NCBI GenBank assembly: GCA_964524015.1
Contig: CAZGBN010000012.1
Location: 7,478 to 71,477 of the forward strand
DNA length: 64,000 bases
From: an uncultured Mucilaginibacter sp.
Lineage (GTDB): Bacteria > Bacteroidota > Bacteroidia > Sphingobacteriales > Sphingobacteriaceae
Direction: 5' to 3'
Shown: one piece after another, positions 17,912-28,575 of the stretch
How positions within the stretch are numbered: position 1 is the stretch's first letter
Layout: every line of letters starts with the position of its first letter
Notes under the pieces: model-generated
The model's input: the letters and a program-made list of their open reading frames with translations, nothing else
What the model was told of the DNA's origin: nothing
The model's database searches: none
Translations under genes and position numbers: made by a program

Positions 17912-19399
17912 TTATAAATTATTAGTGTCTGCAACAACTTCATTATCAGGTTCAACTATATAATTTCTTTCTTTTAGTTGTGGTGATACAAACAAATATA
18001 TTACAATAAATACACTACATATACCTACAAACATCCAATAAAAGTTGGCGCCTGTAAATTGCGCAAAATATCCGCCTTTGGATATATTACCATTAATAAG
18101 TGCCACAAATAGATTTCCTGCAGCTACGGTTAATAACCATATTGCCGTCATAGTACTTTTCATTGATTTTGGTGCTTGTGTATAAGCATATTCTAAACCG
18201 GTTATGGATACCAGTACCTCCGCTGCAGATAATACTATATACGCCAATATTTGCCACCATACCGATGGATGTTCACCAACGTCAACACGGGCTTGGACAA
18301 GTGCAATGATAACAAATGATAAAGCTGTTAAAATTAAGCCTGCACCAATGCGGCGCAATGGCGTTGTTTTTATACCTAGCTTGCTATCAAAAAACGGATA
18401 AACAAAATAAGTGAATAAGGGTATAAAGGATAATAAAAAAACTGGGTTAGCAGTTTGTACCTGGCCGGGTAAAACTGTAAAATCAATGAAGCCTAAATCG
18501 ATATGTCTGTCCAGTTTCTCCGCTTGCAAAACCCATTCGGATAAGTTCTGATCCCACATGGCCCAAAAAATAGGAGCAAAAACAAATACCGCCATCACCC
18601 TGTAAACAGCTTTTACACCTTCAACTTTTTCAGGATCGAAATTGGTTTTGGCTACATCAAGCAAAGCTTCTCCTTTTTTTCTTTTACCAATATTGAATAA
18701 AGCATAAAGCGATATAAACACAAAGTTATTTTTATTGATGCCCGATGGTGGCACGCGTACATAAGCTTTGCGTCCACTAAAAAATATGATAGTGGCTAAT
18801 GCCATTAAAAGGCCGGGTATACCAAACGCCCATTTAGCCCCATACTCAGCATATACCCATGGTATTAATAAAGTTGATATTACTGAACCGGCGTTTATAC
18901 TAAAGTAAAACCAGCCGTATACTTTTGATAACAGGTGTTGATTAGTTTTATCAAATTGATCGCCTACGTTGGCTGACACACATGATTTTATACCGCCTGC
19001 ACCAATTGCTATCAAAAGCAAACCCGCGGTAAAGCCGTTCAAATTTTCATCAAACACCGCTAAACACAAGTGGCCAAAACAGTAAACTATAGAGATGTAA
19101 AGTATGATCTTATATTTTCCCGTAAACCAATCTGCAACCAATGCACCCACAAAGGGCAGGGTATAGGCTAGGGTCACAAAAAAGTGGGTGCTTTCATTTG
19201 CACGGGCCTCTGCAACAGTTTGCAAAGCTGGATTATTAGTAGGATTAAAAAATTGAGCCACTAAAAAGGTAGCCAATATAGACCGCATGCCATAAAAACT
19301 AAAGCGCTCTGCCGCTTCGTTACCAATAATATAAGCAATACTTCGGGGATAGGACGATTTACGGGTAACGCTCTCGGCAGTTAAAGTGCTTTTTGACAT
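17912..19399 (-). CDS. POT/PTR proton-dependent oligopeptide transporter
   Basis: EAAERFSFYGM, FYFSINAGS, APKSMKS. Confidence 0.93.
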   Translation of the reverse strand: MSKSTLTAESVTRKSSYPRSIAYIIGNEAAERFSFYGMRSILATFLVAQFFNPTNNPALQTVAEARANESTHFFVTLAYTLPFVGALVADWFTGKYKIILYISIVYCFGHLCLAVFDENLNGFTAGLLLIAIGAGGIKSCVSANVGDQFDKTNQHLLSKVYGWFYFSINAGSVISTLLIPWVYAEYGAKWAFGIPGLLMALATIIFFSGRKAYVRVPPSGINKNNFVFISLYALFNIGKRKKGEALLDVAKTNFDPEKVEGVKAVYRVMAVFVFAPIFWAMWDQNLSEWVLQAEKLDRHIDLGFIDFTVLPGQVQTANPVFLLSFIPLFTYFVYPFFDSKLGIKTTPLRRIGAGLILTALSFVIIALVQARVDVGEHPSVWWQILAYIVLSAAEVLVSITGLEYAYTQAPKSMKSTMTAIWLLTVAAGNLFVALINGNISKGGYFAQFTGANFYWMFVGICSVFIVIYLFVSPQLKERNYIVEPDNEVVADTNNL

Positions 19400-19450
19400 A
19401 CAGTTAATTTAATTCTTTTAAAAATACTATTATTATACAGTATAACAATA

Positions 19451-20338
19451 CTATTGTTTATTTGCATTCTTTGGGTCAATATAGTTTTCGTCTTGCGCAT
19501 CGGGCACATTGCGCATATCCAGGTTATCAACGTATTCCCATTTGCCGTTTTTTAAGCGGTAACCATTATAGCTTAAATCTGGGCCATAGGTTTCCGGCTG
19601 GTCTTTAAACTTTTTATCAGGCGGTGCAAGGTTATCAAATACTATTAAGTTTTGATCGGGCACATATTTTAATAACATAGATGCCTGGCGGGTATATTCA
19701 AATATTATTCTTTTTTGGTTTTTTCCCTTCTCCGCAAAAATAGGTGAGCCCAATTGTACTTTATCGTTTTTAAACGATAATACTTCAATAACTTTTTTAG
19801 TTGATTTTGCCGTGTTGCCTTTCCACCCTAGTAAAACATAATATGGGTTATTGCCATAAACAGGGATGATCTTGTAATATTGGGCACCATACCATTTATT
19901 GTTATCAGTTATTGAGTCTTGCGGGTTTTTAAAAAGGGGAGAGTAATCCTCTAACGGATATAGCTTTAAAGCGCCGCCTGTATTCATTTGTATGGCACCA
20001 TAAAACCGGTAGCTGCCATCATTGTTAATAATGGGCCAGCTAAATATCCTGAATTTATTATCTGGCGAGTTTAATATGCTAACGCTTTTTACAGAATCAA
20101 ATTGAAACTGGAAAGAGTTAGATACTTTTAAAGCACTAACCAGGGTTTTAACAAATAGGTAGTTGGCATTTTTACGCTCCAGGTCATTCTCATGATTAAC
20201 AAACGTTTTACCCAAATTAGCTAAACTATCCTGATAAATATTTAACTGTTTAATGCGCGAACTTTCATTATTACCTTGGGCAAACAGCAATAATTGGCAG
20301 GCAAACAAAAATACTCCCGTTAACAGTGTTTTTTTCAT
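19451..20338 (-). CDS. Conserved secreted hypothetical protein
   Basis: Start moved to MKKTLL (signal peptide); WYGAQYY, YGPDLSY. Confidence 0.7.
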   Translation of the reverse strand: MKKTLLTGVFLFACQLLLFAQGNNESSRIKQLNIYQDSLANLGKTFVNHENDLERKNANYLFVKTLVSALKVSNSFQFQFDSVKSVSILNSPDNKFRIFSWPIINNDGSYRFYGAIQMNTGGALKLYPLEDYSPLFKNPQDSITDNNKWYGAQYYKIIPVYGNNPYYVLLGWKGNTAKSTKKVIEVLSFKNDKVQLGSPIFAEKGKNQKRIIFEYTRQASMLLKYVPDQNLIVFDNLAPPDKKFKDQPETYGPDLSYNGYRLKNGKWEYVDNLDMRNVPDAQDENYIDPKNANKQ

Positions 20339-20465
20339 CAAGGCTAATAACGTAAAAATTGTATAGCAATTATCTATCTGCAAAAATAGTATTTTGATAG
20401 CCCTATTGAACAAACAAACTGATATAACCGAAACTTATATTAATTTTGCTGGGTTATATAAGTAA

Positions 20466-22532
20466 ATGGCAACACTTTCATCATCCCGTCAAAAAGCATT
20501 GCTGCGTAAATACGCACGTAATGTTAAGTTTTTAATGATGATAGTAAGCATTGGCATAATTGTATATGCCCTGCCAAGACAAGCCAAATTTAGTTATGAG
20601 ATAGAGAAAGGAAGAATTTGGAATCAGAAGGATCTAATATCACCCTATAACTTTGCCATACTAAAAACTTACCAGGAAACCACTAATGATAAAAAGGCCG
20701 TACTGGCTACCATAACCCCAATATACCAGTTACAGCCTAATATTAGTAAGCAAGTTATTGAGAGCTTTAATAACGATTTGCAAATTAAATGGCATAACGC
20801 AAACATTGATACCCGTTTAAAGTCTCATTATCTATCAGTTGGTGATGCTATTATTAATGATATTTATAGCAAAGGCGTTTTAATTTTGAATGCCAAATAC
20901 CAGCTAAATGGTGTTAATTACCCCATAACCATTTTAGATAAAAATGTAGCAACATCTAAAAATACGGCCGAATTATATACAAAAGAAAAGGCCCTGGCTT
21001 ACAGCAACCAGGTATTAAGCAGCCGTACTGATGTTGATAAGGCGTTTTTGATGGACCTTTTACAAAGCCGGATACAACCTAATTTAATTTATGATGATAA
21101 ATTAACTGCCAGGCTTGAAAAGGAATCGGTTGATGCAGTATCATTAACACATGGCATGGTACAAAAAGGGGATGTAATTGTTGCCAAGGGTTCGGTTGTA
21201 AATGAAGAGGTATATCAAAAGCTACAGTCATACAAAAAAGCTTTTGAAGACAATTCGAGAATAAATGGCGACTATAGACTGGTATTACTTGGGCAGTGCC
21301 TGCTGGTGGCCATTGCCATTACCTTGCTGATGATCTTTTTATACCTGTTCAGGCTTGATATTTATGATGATAACCGGTTAATGAGTTTAATATTATTGGT
21401 TATAACCGCTATGCTGTTTACCTTATCAATGGCAATAAAGTGGCAGTTACCTAACTTTTATTATATTCCATATTGTATAGTACCTATCATTATCCGTATA
21501 TTATTTGATACCCGCTTGGCATTAAACATACATTTGCTGGTTGTACTTATAGCCGGATTTTTTGTACCCAACAGTTTTGAATTTGCTTTTTATGAGATCA
21601 CTGCCGGTATGGTAGCTATTTATAGCATTAAAAACCTGATACGCCGCGAGCAGTTTTTAATATCGGCGGTTATCATCATTTTTACCTACTTTGCTTCATT
21701 TGTAGGCATATCATTAATACGCGAAGGTAGTTTTGTAAATATAGATTGGTTGGGCTTTATACCTTTTATAGTAAGTGTATTACTAACGTTGTTGGCTTAT
21801 CCGTTGATATATCTGTTCGAAAAGATGTTTGCTTTAACATCTGATATTACGCTTATTGAATTAACCAATACCAATGCACCTTTGTTGCGCGAAATGGCAT
21901 TTAGTGCACCCGGAACCTTTCAACACTCTTTACAGGTAGCCAACCTGGCCGAAAATGCTATTTACGCTATTGGGGGGAATGCTTTGTTGGTTAGGGCAGG
22001 AGCGTTATATCATGATATAGGTAAAATGGAAAACCCTTTATTTTTTATCGAAAATCAAAGTTCAGGCTTTAACCCGCATGATAAACTGCCTTATGAAGAC
22101 AGCGCTCAAATAATTATAAGGCACGTAAGTAAAGGCATTGAGATGGCACAAAAAGCTAACTTGCCCGAAATAGTGATCAATTTTATACGTACCCACCATG
22201 GTAATACACGGGTAGATTATTTTTACCAATCATACCTTAAAAATTTCCCCGAAAAAATAATAAACGAAAATACATTTAGATATCCCGGGCCAATTCCTTT
22301 TACCAAAGAAACCGGTGTTTTAATGCTTGCTGATTCTGTTGAGGCCGCGTCCCGATCCCTGAAGCAACCTGATGAAAAGTCTATAAGCGATTTGGTTAAC
22401 CGTATTGTAAAATACAAATTGGATCAAAATCAGCTTAAAGACAGTAATATAACTTTAAAGGATATTGAAACCATAAAAGAAATATTTAAACGAATGTTGA
22501 TGAGTATTTATCACGTTCGCATTGATTATTGA
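20466..22532 (+). CDS. 7TM-HD phosphohydrolase (PgpH-like, possible c-di-AMP phosphodiesterase)
   Basis: Extracellular domain, multiple TM helices, APGTFQHS, YHDIGK, HHG, LADSVEAA. Confidence 0.9.
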   Translation: MATLSSSRQKALLRKYARNVKFLMMIVSIGIIVYALPRQAKFSYEIEKGRIWNQKDLISPYNFAILKTYQETTNDKKAVLATITPIYQLQPNISKQVIESFNNDLQIKWHNANIDTRLKSHYLSVGDAIINDIYSKGVLILNAKYQLNGVNYPITILDKNVATSKNTAELYTKEKALAYSNQVLSSRTDVDKAFLMDLLQSRIQPNLIYDDKLTARLEKESVDAVSLTHGMVQKGDVIVAKGSVVNEEVYQKLQSYKKAFEDNSRINGDYRLVLLGQCLLVAIAITLLMIFLYLFRLDIYDDNRLMSLILLVITAMLFTLSMAIKWQLPNFYYIPYCIVPIIIRILFDTRLALNIHLLVVLIAGFFVPNSFEFAFYEITAGMVAIYSIKNLIRREQFLISAVIIIFTYFASFVGISLIREGSFVNIDWLGFIPFIVSVLLTLLAYPLIYLFEKMFALTSDITLIELTNTNAPLLREMAFSAPGTFQHSLQVANLAENAIYAIGGNALLVRAGALYHDIGKMENPLFFIENQSSGFNPHDKLPYEDSAQIIIRHVSKGIEMAQKANLPEIVINFIRTHHGNTRVDYFYQSYLKNFPEKIINENTFRYPGPIPFTKETGVLMLADSVEAASRSLKQPDEKSISDLVNRIVKYKLDQNQLKDSNITLKDIETIKEIFKRMLMSIYHVRIDY

Positions 22533-22613
22533 TGCTTTTAAAGAGTGCCATTAAGCGGGTTGTATATTTATTTAAAACATTTTCAGCCTCTTATAACAAT
22601 TGCAATAATTTTT

Positions 22614-22643
22614 TTTGATGGCTTAGGCTAATTGCTATATTTG
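22614..22643 (+). promoter_or_regulatory. Bacteroidota sigma70 promoter for tRNA-Ser
   Basis: TTTG (22614-22617) and TATATTTG (22636-22643). Confidence 0.65.
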
Positions 22644-22679
22644 CAGTCCCTGAAAAAGGGATATTAATTTGTACTGCCA

Positions 22680-22766
22680 GGTGAGGTGCCTGAGAGGCCG
22701 AAAGGATCAGTTTGCTAAACTGACGTACGGGAAACTGTACCGAGGGTTCGAATCCCTCCCTCACCG
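22680..22766 (+). tRNA. tRNA-Ser(GCT)
   Basis: Acceptor GGTGAGG/CCTCACC; anticodon arm TCAGT-TTGCTAA-ACTGA; long variable arm; GAGGG-TTCGAAT-CCCTC; CCA not encoded. Confidence 0.96.
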
Positions 22767-22782
22767 CAGAGATAGAATTGAC

Positions 22783-22815
22783 AAAAGCTTGTAATAGATA
22801 TTACAAGCTTTTTTT
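22783..22815. terminator. Terminator after the tRNA
   Basis: AAAAGCTTGTAAT-agat-ATTACAAGCTTTTTTT. Confidence 0.75.
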
Positions 22816-22839
22816 ATTTGTTCAGAATTTAGTTTTGGG

Positions 22840-25134
22840 TTAAAATTCCGGCTGGAAGCTAAATTTTAAAGTGTATGTGCGGGCATCCGGGTGATCAAGG
22901 TAAGTAAGGCGACGGATGAAGTCGACGCGTAAAAATTTAAAAATGTTGGCAATACCGGCACCAACCTCTGTATAAGGAGTATTGCCTAAGGCATAAACGT
23001 TAGGGGGTAAGCGGTAGCTGCCGGGGTTATTTTCGGGACGCAGGCCACCATAAAGTATTTTGGCAGAGATGAACTCGCGCCATTTAAGGTGTTTTATAAG
23101 CGGGACTTTATTGAGCAGGAATCCGTTGAAAGTATGGGTTAAATTCAGCCCAGCGTAATGATCACTGACAAATTCAAGGTAATTCATGGCATTATAGGCA
23201 TCGCGTTTATAAGCCAATGACTGGTTGGCGGGGCTGATATTAAGCAGCGGGAAAGGCACCTGGCCGATAACATAGCCACCGATAAGGGTAACGTCTGTAA
23301 AACCGGCTTGCGACAGATAAAAACGTTTATAGATATTGAGTCCCAGATCGGTATAGTTATAATTTCCAACGCTGCGGTTAATCAACAGGTCATAAATTGG
23401 GTAGGGGTTATGAATACTGTGTCGTGTACGGCTGCCCTGAATAAGCTCTTCATGGGGAGCGTAACGCAAATGCACACTTAATTCATTTGTGGTAAGACTG
23501 TTAACACGTGTGCCATCCTGAAGTTGATATACCAGGGCTTTAGCTGGGGTTTGTTCCCAGTTTTTATAACCTATTATATATGAAAAGTGACTTTCAAAGT
23601 CTCTGACATATTGAAGCTCGGTGATGCGGCTGTAAAGCCAATAATCGGTTTTCCCGGTTTGGAATGATGAAATAGCAGTTGGCCGGTTTGTTACCGAGAA
23701 GGTATGGCCGGGAACATCTACGTCATATAAATAACTCAACTTAAAATAATTGTTAGGAAAGCGGTAGGGCGCTGTTTTGTTGAGCGATATATAAGCAATT
23801 GCATTTCCTTTAAGTTGATGATCACGCGTTCCATATGCTGCGTAACCCTCGAAATAAAATGTGCTGTCCAGTTTTGGTGTAGTGCGCAGGCCAAACTGAG
23901 GTTTCAACCCTTCCAGGCTGTTGAACGACAGCGATTGCGCGATGGGTCCAATCTGCACCGGCCCGGTATCGGCATAACCCGCGGTCAGCGTGGTTAGCCA
24001 CCACATCGTGCGTTTATAGGACGGCATTTGTTCCAGTTGGTATAACTTAGCATACACGGGCAGGTTATCCAACCGCCCTGTTGGTGCCCGGCGGTATTGT
24101 ACCACGCGTTCGCCATAAATTCCCCAGCCTTTATTGGTCAAACCAAAGTCCGCCTTGACTTTGCTTTGGGTCAACCGATAGCGCTTGTCCGGCTGTTGTT
24201 CAAAATCCAGGTTGATGGCAAAACTCCTTACAAAAGTGACGTTGATTTGCCTGTTCAGCCTTAACTCACAACTCGTTACCGCATAATTGTCCAACGAAAC
24301 TATTAACTTTCCTTCAAACAACAGATCTCCTTTTGTTCGCGGCGTAAAGGCCAATACCACTTGGTTATCAATGGTGTCTGTTATGAAAAACTTATAATAA
24401 TTCGGCGAGTGATCCGCAATAGGGCTCAAAAACTGGTTAGCCAGGATAAATATATTATTCTCATAAATATCTGGTTGATGGCCGTACAACTGGTTCACAT
24501 ATAGCTTTACCCCCGCTGTATCAATAAACTGAAGAATATTTACGCCTTTATATCCCGTCTGTATGCCTTTATATGATAATTTTTCCTCCACCAACACCGG
24601 CAAAAAAGTCTGGCCCTGTACTGTGTCCAACATAAATTTATACTTCGAAAAAAACGTACTCTCTACCAACTTCTGCGGCAAATTAAATAACGATAGCCCC
24701 ATTCGCTCGTACCGCTCTACATCCCCATACACTGCCGCCCGGTTTTTCGCTTTATGATCAATAACTTGTTGGATCAATTCCACCGCTGGATTTCCTTTAT
24801 TCCGGTAACGCGTCTTGCCCGAATTGATAGTCACACCCGCCAGTTCCGCCACGTTCCGTTCCAGTAAAACCTGCAGCTTCGTCCCCTGTCCGGGTATAAC
24901 TGTTTTGCTAGCCGATAAATAGCCCACTCTCGAAAACTCTAACTGTGTAAAATTACCAACTACCCTAAACCGCCCTAAAGAATCCGTTATGACACCACCA
25001 CCCGTAAAACTTACTGACACCGAACTCAGTGGCTCACCAGTTGATGCGTCCACCACCTGTCCGGTTACCACTGTCTGTGCCACAGCACTCCAGCTTAATA
25101 GTAAAAAACTAAGAAATAACCAATTTCGTAGCAT
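22840..25134 (-). CDS. DUF5686 + carboxypeptidase-regulatory-like outer-membrane protein
   Basis: Start moved to MLRNWLF; VTGQVVDASTGEPL, NPAVELI, FLSPIA, NYLEFVSD, NIFKFLRVDF; terminal Phe. Confidence 0.8.
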   Translation of the reverse strand: MLRNWLFLSFLLLSWSAVAQTVVTGQVVDASTGEPLSSVSVSFTGGGVITDSLGRFRVVGNFTQLEFSRVGYLSASKTVIPGQGTKLQVLLERNVAELAGVTINSGKTRYRNKGNPAVELIQQVIDHKAKNRAAVYGDVERYERMGLSLFNLPQKLVESTFFSKYKFMLDTVQGQTFLPVLVEEKLSYKGIQTGYKGVNILQFIDTAGVKLYVNQLYGHQPDIYENNIFILANQFLSPIADHSPNYYKFFITDTIDNQVVLAFTPRTKGDLLFEGKLIVSLDNYAVTSCELRLNRQINVTFVRSFAINLDFEQQPDKRYRLTQSKVKADFGLTNKGWGIYGERVVQYRRAPTGRLDNLPVYAKLYQLEQMPSYKRTMWWLTTLTAGYADTGPVQIGPIAQSLSFNSLEGLKPQFGLRTTPKLDSTFYFEGYAAYGTRDHQLKGNAIAYISLNKTAPYRFPNNYFKLSYLYDVDVPGHTFSVTNRPTAISSFQTGKTDYWLYSRITELQYVRDFESHFSYIIGYKNWEQTPAKALVYQLQDGTRVNSLTTNELSVHLRYAPHEELIQGSRTRHSIHNPYPIYDLLINRSVGNYNYTDLGLNIYKRFYLSQAGFTDVTLIGGYVIGQVPFPLLNISPANQSLAYKRDAYNAMNYLEFVSDHYAGLNLTHTFNGFLLNKVPLIKHLKWREFISAKILYGGLRPENNPGSYRLPPNVYALGNTPYTEVGAGIANIFKFLRVDFIRRLTYLDHPDARTYTLKFSFQPEF

Positions 25135-25319
25135 GTTAAATAAACCTGTACCGCGTAAATAAGTTTTAGTAACGGGCGGCAATTATTATGATAAAAAGGC
25201 TAAAGAAATTTCAATCTTCCCATACGAAGTTTAAATCACTTAAAAATCCCTTGTTTGTCATTTTTTTAAATTTTAAGCTATCTTAGTATCCACATCCTAA
25301 ACCTGATCTCAAAAGATAT

Positions 25320-26666
25320 ATGTATCAAAATATAAACAAATGGGCCTGTTTTTTTATTTTATTAGCTCATTCGTGTTTCTGCAAAGCGCAAACCCCCGCC
25401 AGTTTATTTCTTGAAAAGCACACCGCTACAGAGTTAAAAAAGGATGTAGACGCTGTAAAATCCTATTTAGAAAAGAAGAATCCCAATCTGTACTGGTACA
25501 TTACAAAAACTCAATTGAATAAAAAGTTTGACAGTTTAAAAACGACGTTAACACAACCTATAACCAATGCAGAGTTTAAATATAAACTTGCCTGTGTTTT
25601 GGCAAGTATTGGCGACGGACATATGACTTTAAAGTTTGATGGAGCTAAACTTTACCCTGAAGATCGCGCTAAATTTGATGGTAGCAAAATTTCCCCTATT
25701 CAAAAATTTGTGTTTAAAGTTTTGGATAATAAGCTTTACATCATTGAAAACAGATCAGAAGATAAACTTGTTACCGCCGGTACCGAAGTTTTAGCCATTG
25801 ATAATTATCCTGCATCAAAAATCATTAGCGATCTCTTGTTAAGCTTATCGTCTGATGGATATAATCAAACATTTAAAGAGTTTGTTTTAAATGTTATGTT
25901 TCCAGAAAAATATATGGAATTATTTGGCTTAAAAGATTCATTATCATATTCTTTAAAAACCAATGATGGGATCAGATTACTTAGTTTAAAAAGTAGTCCT
26001 TCTGCGAACAGACTATCCAGCAGTGTGCAACTCTCCAATAAAAATTATAGTTCAACTAAATATGCCTATTTAAAAGTTGGTACGTTTAAAAATGCTTTTT
26101 TTGATACTTATGATACTTTCTTCAAAACACTAAAGCAAAATAGGACAAAAAACCTTATTCTTGATCTTAGAGATAATTTAGGAGGAAAACACGAAAGTAT
26201 GATTTTGTTATTTTCGTACCTGATAGATAAACCTACTTTTTTCTCACAAAAATTTGATAAAGGCAATAGTAGTGATCTTGTTTATGGGTCGGAGACTCCT
26301 GTTGTACCTAATGAATTTAAATTTACAGGCAAAATATATGTTTTGATCAATGGAGGAACTTTTTCGGCTGCCAGCCTGATTGCAGCAAATTTGCAAGCGA
26401 ATACTAATGCAACATTTATTGGCACAGAAACAGGTGGTGGCCGAAATAAATGTACCGGAGGAACATTTGACGGAATGTCGTTACCTAATACCGGCCTTCT
26501 ATTAGAGTTTGGTACCCAGGCATTAGTAGTACCCCAAAAATCAAATATTAATGGCAGAGGTGTTATGCCTGATATTCCAATTAATTATAACATAAACGAT
26601 ATAGTTTCGAAAAAAGACCTAGAGTACGAATGGGCAAAAGCTCAGATCAACAAGACTATTCAATAA
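25320..26666 (+). CDS. S41 family peptidase
   Basis: DGHM, LILDLRDNLGG, GGTFSAAS, GTETGGG, GRGVMPD. Confidence 0.88.
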   Translation: MYQNINKWACFFILLAHSCFCKAQTPASLFLEKHTATELKKDVDAVKSYLEKKNPNLYWYITKTQLNKKFDSLKTTLTQPITNAEFKYKLACVLASIGDGHMTLKFDGAKLYPEDRAKFDGSKISPIQKFVFKVLDNKLYIIENRSEDKLVTAGTEVLAIDNYPASKIISDLLLSLSSDGYNQTFKEFVLNVMFPEKYMELFGLKDSLSYSLKTNDGIRLLSLKSSPSANRLSSSVQLSNKNYSSTKYAYLKVGTFKNAFFDTYDTFFKTLKQNRTKNLILDLRDNLGGKHESMILLFSYLIDKPTFFSQKFDKGNSSDLVYGSETPVVPNEFKFTGKIYVLINGGTFSAASLIAANLQANTNATFIGTETGGGRNKCTGGTFDGMSLPNTGLLLEFGTQALVVPQKSNINGRGVMPDIPINYNINDIVSKKDLEYEWAKAQINKTIQ

Positions 26667-26718
26667 TGGCCCAGTCTAACAGGATTTTGCCGTGTAGATA
26701 AGAGAGATTAGCAGTAAT

Positions 26719-28032
26719 ATGGAAAATAAAAATATTGCCGACAAGCCCACAAAAATAAGGTACCAAATACTGTTCCTTGTTTTTATAACCGTAGTTATTA
26801 ACTATATGGATAGGAGCAACCTTGCTGTAGCAGCCTCGGCTATTGGCAAGGAGTATAAGTTCTCATCGGTACAATTAGGTTTGATAATGTCGGCCTTTAG
26901 CTGGACATACATTCTGTTCCAGATACCCGGCGGTATGTTGGTTAAACGTTATGCGCCCCGTGTATTTTATGCTGTTAGTATGATTGTATGGTCAGTATTC
27001 ACTATTATGCAGGGATTTGCCCAAGGGTTTATGTCTTTGTTTGGCTTGCGCATGGCCACCGGGATGGCCGAGGCACCGGCATACCCAATTAATAACCGGG
27101 TGGTAAGCAGTTGGTTTCCGGATAGCGAGCGTGCTTCGGCTATTGCTGTTTATACCTCGGGCCAATTTTTAGGGCTTGCTTTTTTAATGCCTGTGCTAAC
27201 AAAAATACAATTGTATGCCGGCTGGCGAGGTTTATTTATGATAACAGGTATTATAGGTGTAGTTTGGGGTATTGTTTGGTATTTGTTTTACCGCGATCCG
27301 TTAAAACATCAAACAGTTAATCGGCAGGAGTTGGATCATATTGAAAAAGGTGGCGGAATTTTAAAACGAGACGAGAACAATATCCAACAGAAAAATCCTT
27401 TTAACTGGCCCGATTTAAAAGAAGTTTTATCTCATCGTAAACTTTGGGGTGTTTACCTTGGGCAGTTTTCTGTTAATGCCGCTCTCTGGTTTTTTCTGAC
27501 ATGGTTTCCCAAGTACCTGGTAGATTATCGTGGATTAGATATTATAAAATCGGGTTACTGGGCATCAGTACCATATCTGGCGGCTTTTGCAGGTGTTTTA
27601 TGCTCAGGTTTTCTATCAGATTATTTAATAAAAAAAGGATTTTCGGCAGCCCGGGCACGTAAACTCCCGGTAATTGCGGGTTTGCTATTATCGATAGCTA
27701 TTGTAGGGGCTAATTATGTGAACGCACCGCACCTGATCATTTTTTTTATGTCATTATCTTTCTTTGGAATAGGGTGTGCTTCCATTACCTGGGTTTTTAT
27801 ATCTACACTAGCCCCCGAAGGTTTGATTGATATTACCGGTGGTGTATTTAATTTTATAGGACAGCTATCAGGTGTTATAGTGCCCGTTGTTATAGGCTTC
27901 TTAGCGCGTAACGGTAACTTTGAGCCGGCTCTGTTCTTTATTGCTTTGATAGGTTTTTTGGGTGCCTGCTCGTATATATTTTTAGTTGGCGATGTAGTGC
28001 GTGTTAAATCTAAAACAGCAATTCACGATTAA
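26719..28032 (+). CDS. MFS transporter, anion:cation symporter family (DgoT-like)
   Basis: INYMDRSNL, QIPGG, EAPAYP, WFPDSERA, GGVFNF. Confidence 0.88.
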   Translation: MENKNIADKPTKIRYQILFLVFITVVINYMDRSNLAVAASAIGKEYKFSSVQLGLIMSAFSWTYILFQIPGGMLVKRYAPRVFYAVSMIVWSVFTIMQGFAQGFMSLFGLRMATGMAEAPAYPINNRVVSSWFPDSERASAIAVYTSGQFLGLAFLMPVLTKIQLYAGWRGLFMITGIIGVVWGIVWYLFYRDPLKHQTVNRQELDHIEKGGGILKRDENNIQQKNPFNWPDLKEVLSHRKLWGVYLGQFSVNAALWFFLTWFPKYLVDYRGLDIIKSGYWASVPYLAAFAGVLCSGFLSDYLIKKGFSAARARKLPVIAGLLLSIAIVGANYVNAPHLIIFFMSLSFFGIGCASITWVFISTLAPEGLIDITGGVFNFIGQLSGVIVPVVIGFLARNGNFEPALFFIALIGFLGACSYIFLVGDVVRVKSKTAIHD

Positions 28033-28146
28033 GCTGTAACCGGATGACAGCAAATATCATCAGTGCTTAACAAGTATAAGCAGTACAACTAAAGTATCAA
28101 TATTAGTTCTTAAGTATTTTATTGCTTTAGTTCTCTTATTATTAAC

Positions 28147-28176
28147 AAAAACCCCGGACTTTTGTCCGGGTTTTTT
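28147..28176. terminator. Bidirectional terminator
   Basis: AAAAACCCCGGAC-tttt-GTCCGGGTTTTTT. Confidence 0.75.
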
Positions 28177-28191
28177 GCATTATTGGTCAAG

Positions 28192-28419
28192 TTAACTAGC
28201 CATTTGTGCAAGTTCGCTAACGTCTGACTTGTGTTTCTTTGTACCGCCTGTGCGGTTAGTTAAATAATCTGTTGAGTGGGGGCGGCCTTCAGCTATTGCT
28301 TCTGACTGGCCATTGTTTTTTACCCAATAATAAGCCGCAGCACCGGCAGCCACAAGGCTTATGCCTATACCGGCCATCCACATACCGGTATGGTTTTGAT
28401 TTACAAATGGATTTTTCAT
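28192..28419 (-). CDS. Small single-TM hypothetical protein
   Basis: Hydrophobic GIGISLVAAGAAAYYW then charged tail; terminator follows. Confidence 0.65.
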   Translation of the reverse strand: MKNPFVNQNHTGMWMAGIGISLVAAGAAAYYWVKNNGQSEAIAEGRPHSTDYLTNRTGGTKKHKSDVSELAQMAS

Positions 28420-28575
28420 GGTAATGTTTTTTTGCTTTTATAAAGCAATATTGATACCAAAATGATTTCTATGTTTTGTTCATCAACAATAAAATTACTC
28501 TGCCTTTATACTGTATAGTGCATATTCTTATAATGGAAGCTGATAAATTGGTAATTTTACAAAAAGTAAAATCAG

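Noticed and set aside
22767-28100. Integrative element or prophage at tRNA-Ser
   Set aside because: No integrase, phage genes or duplicated tRNA 3' end seen
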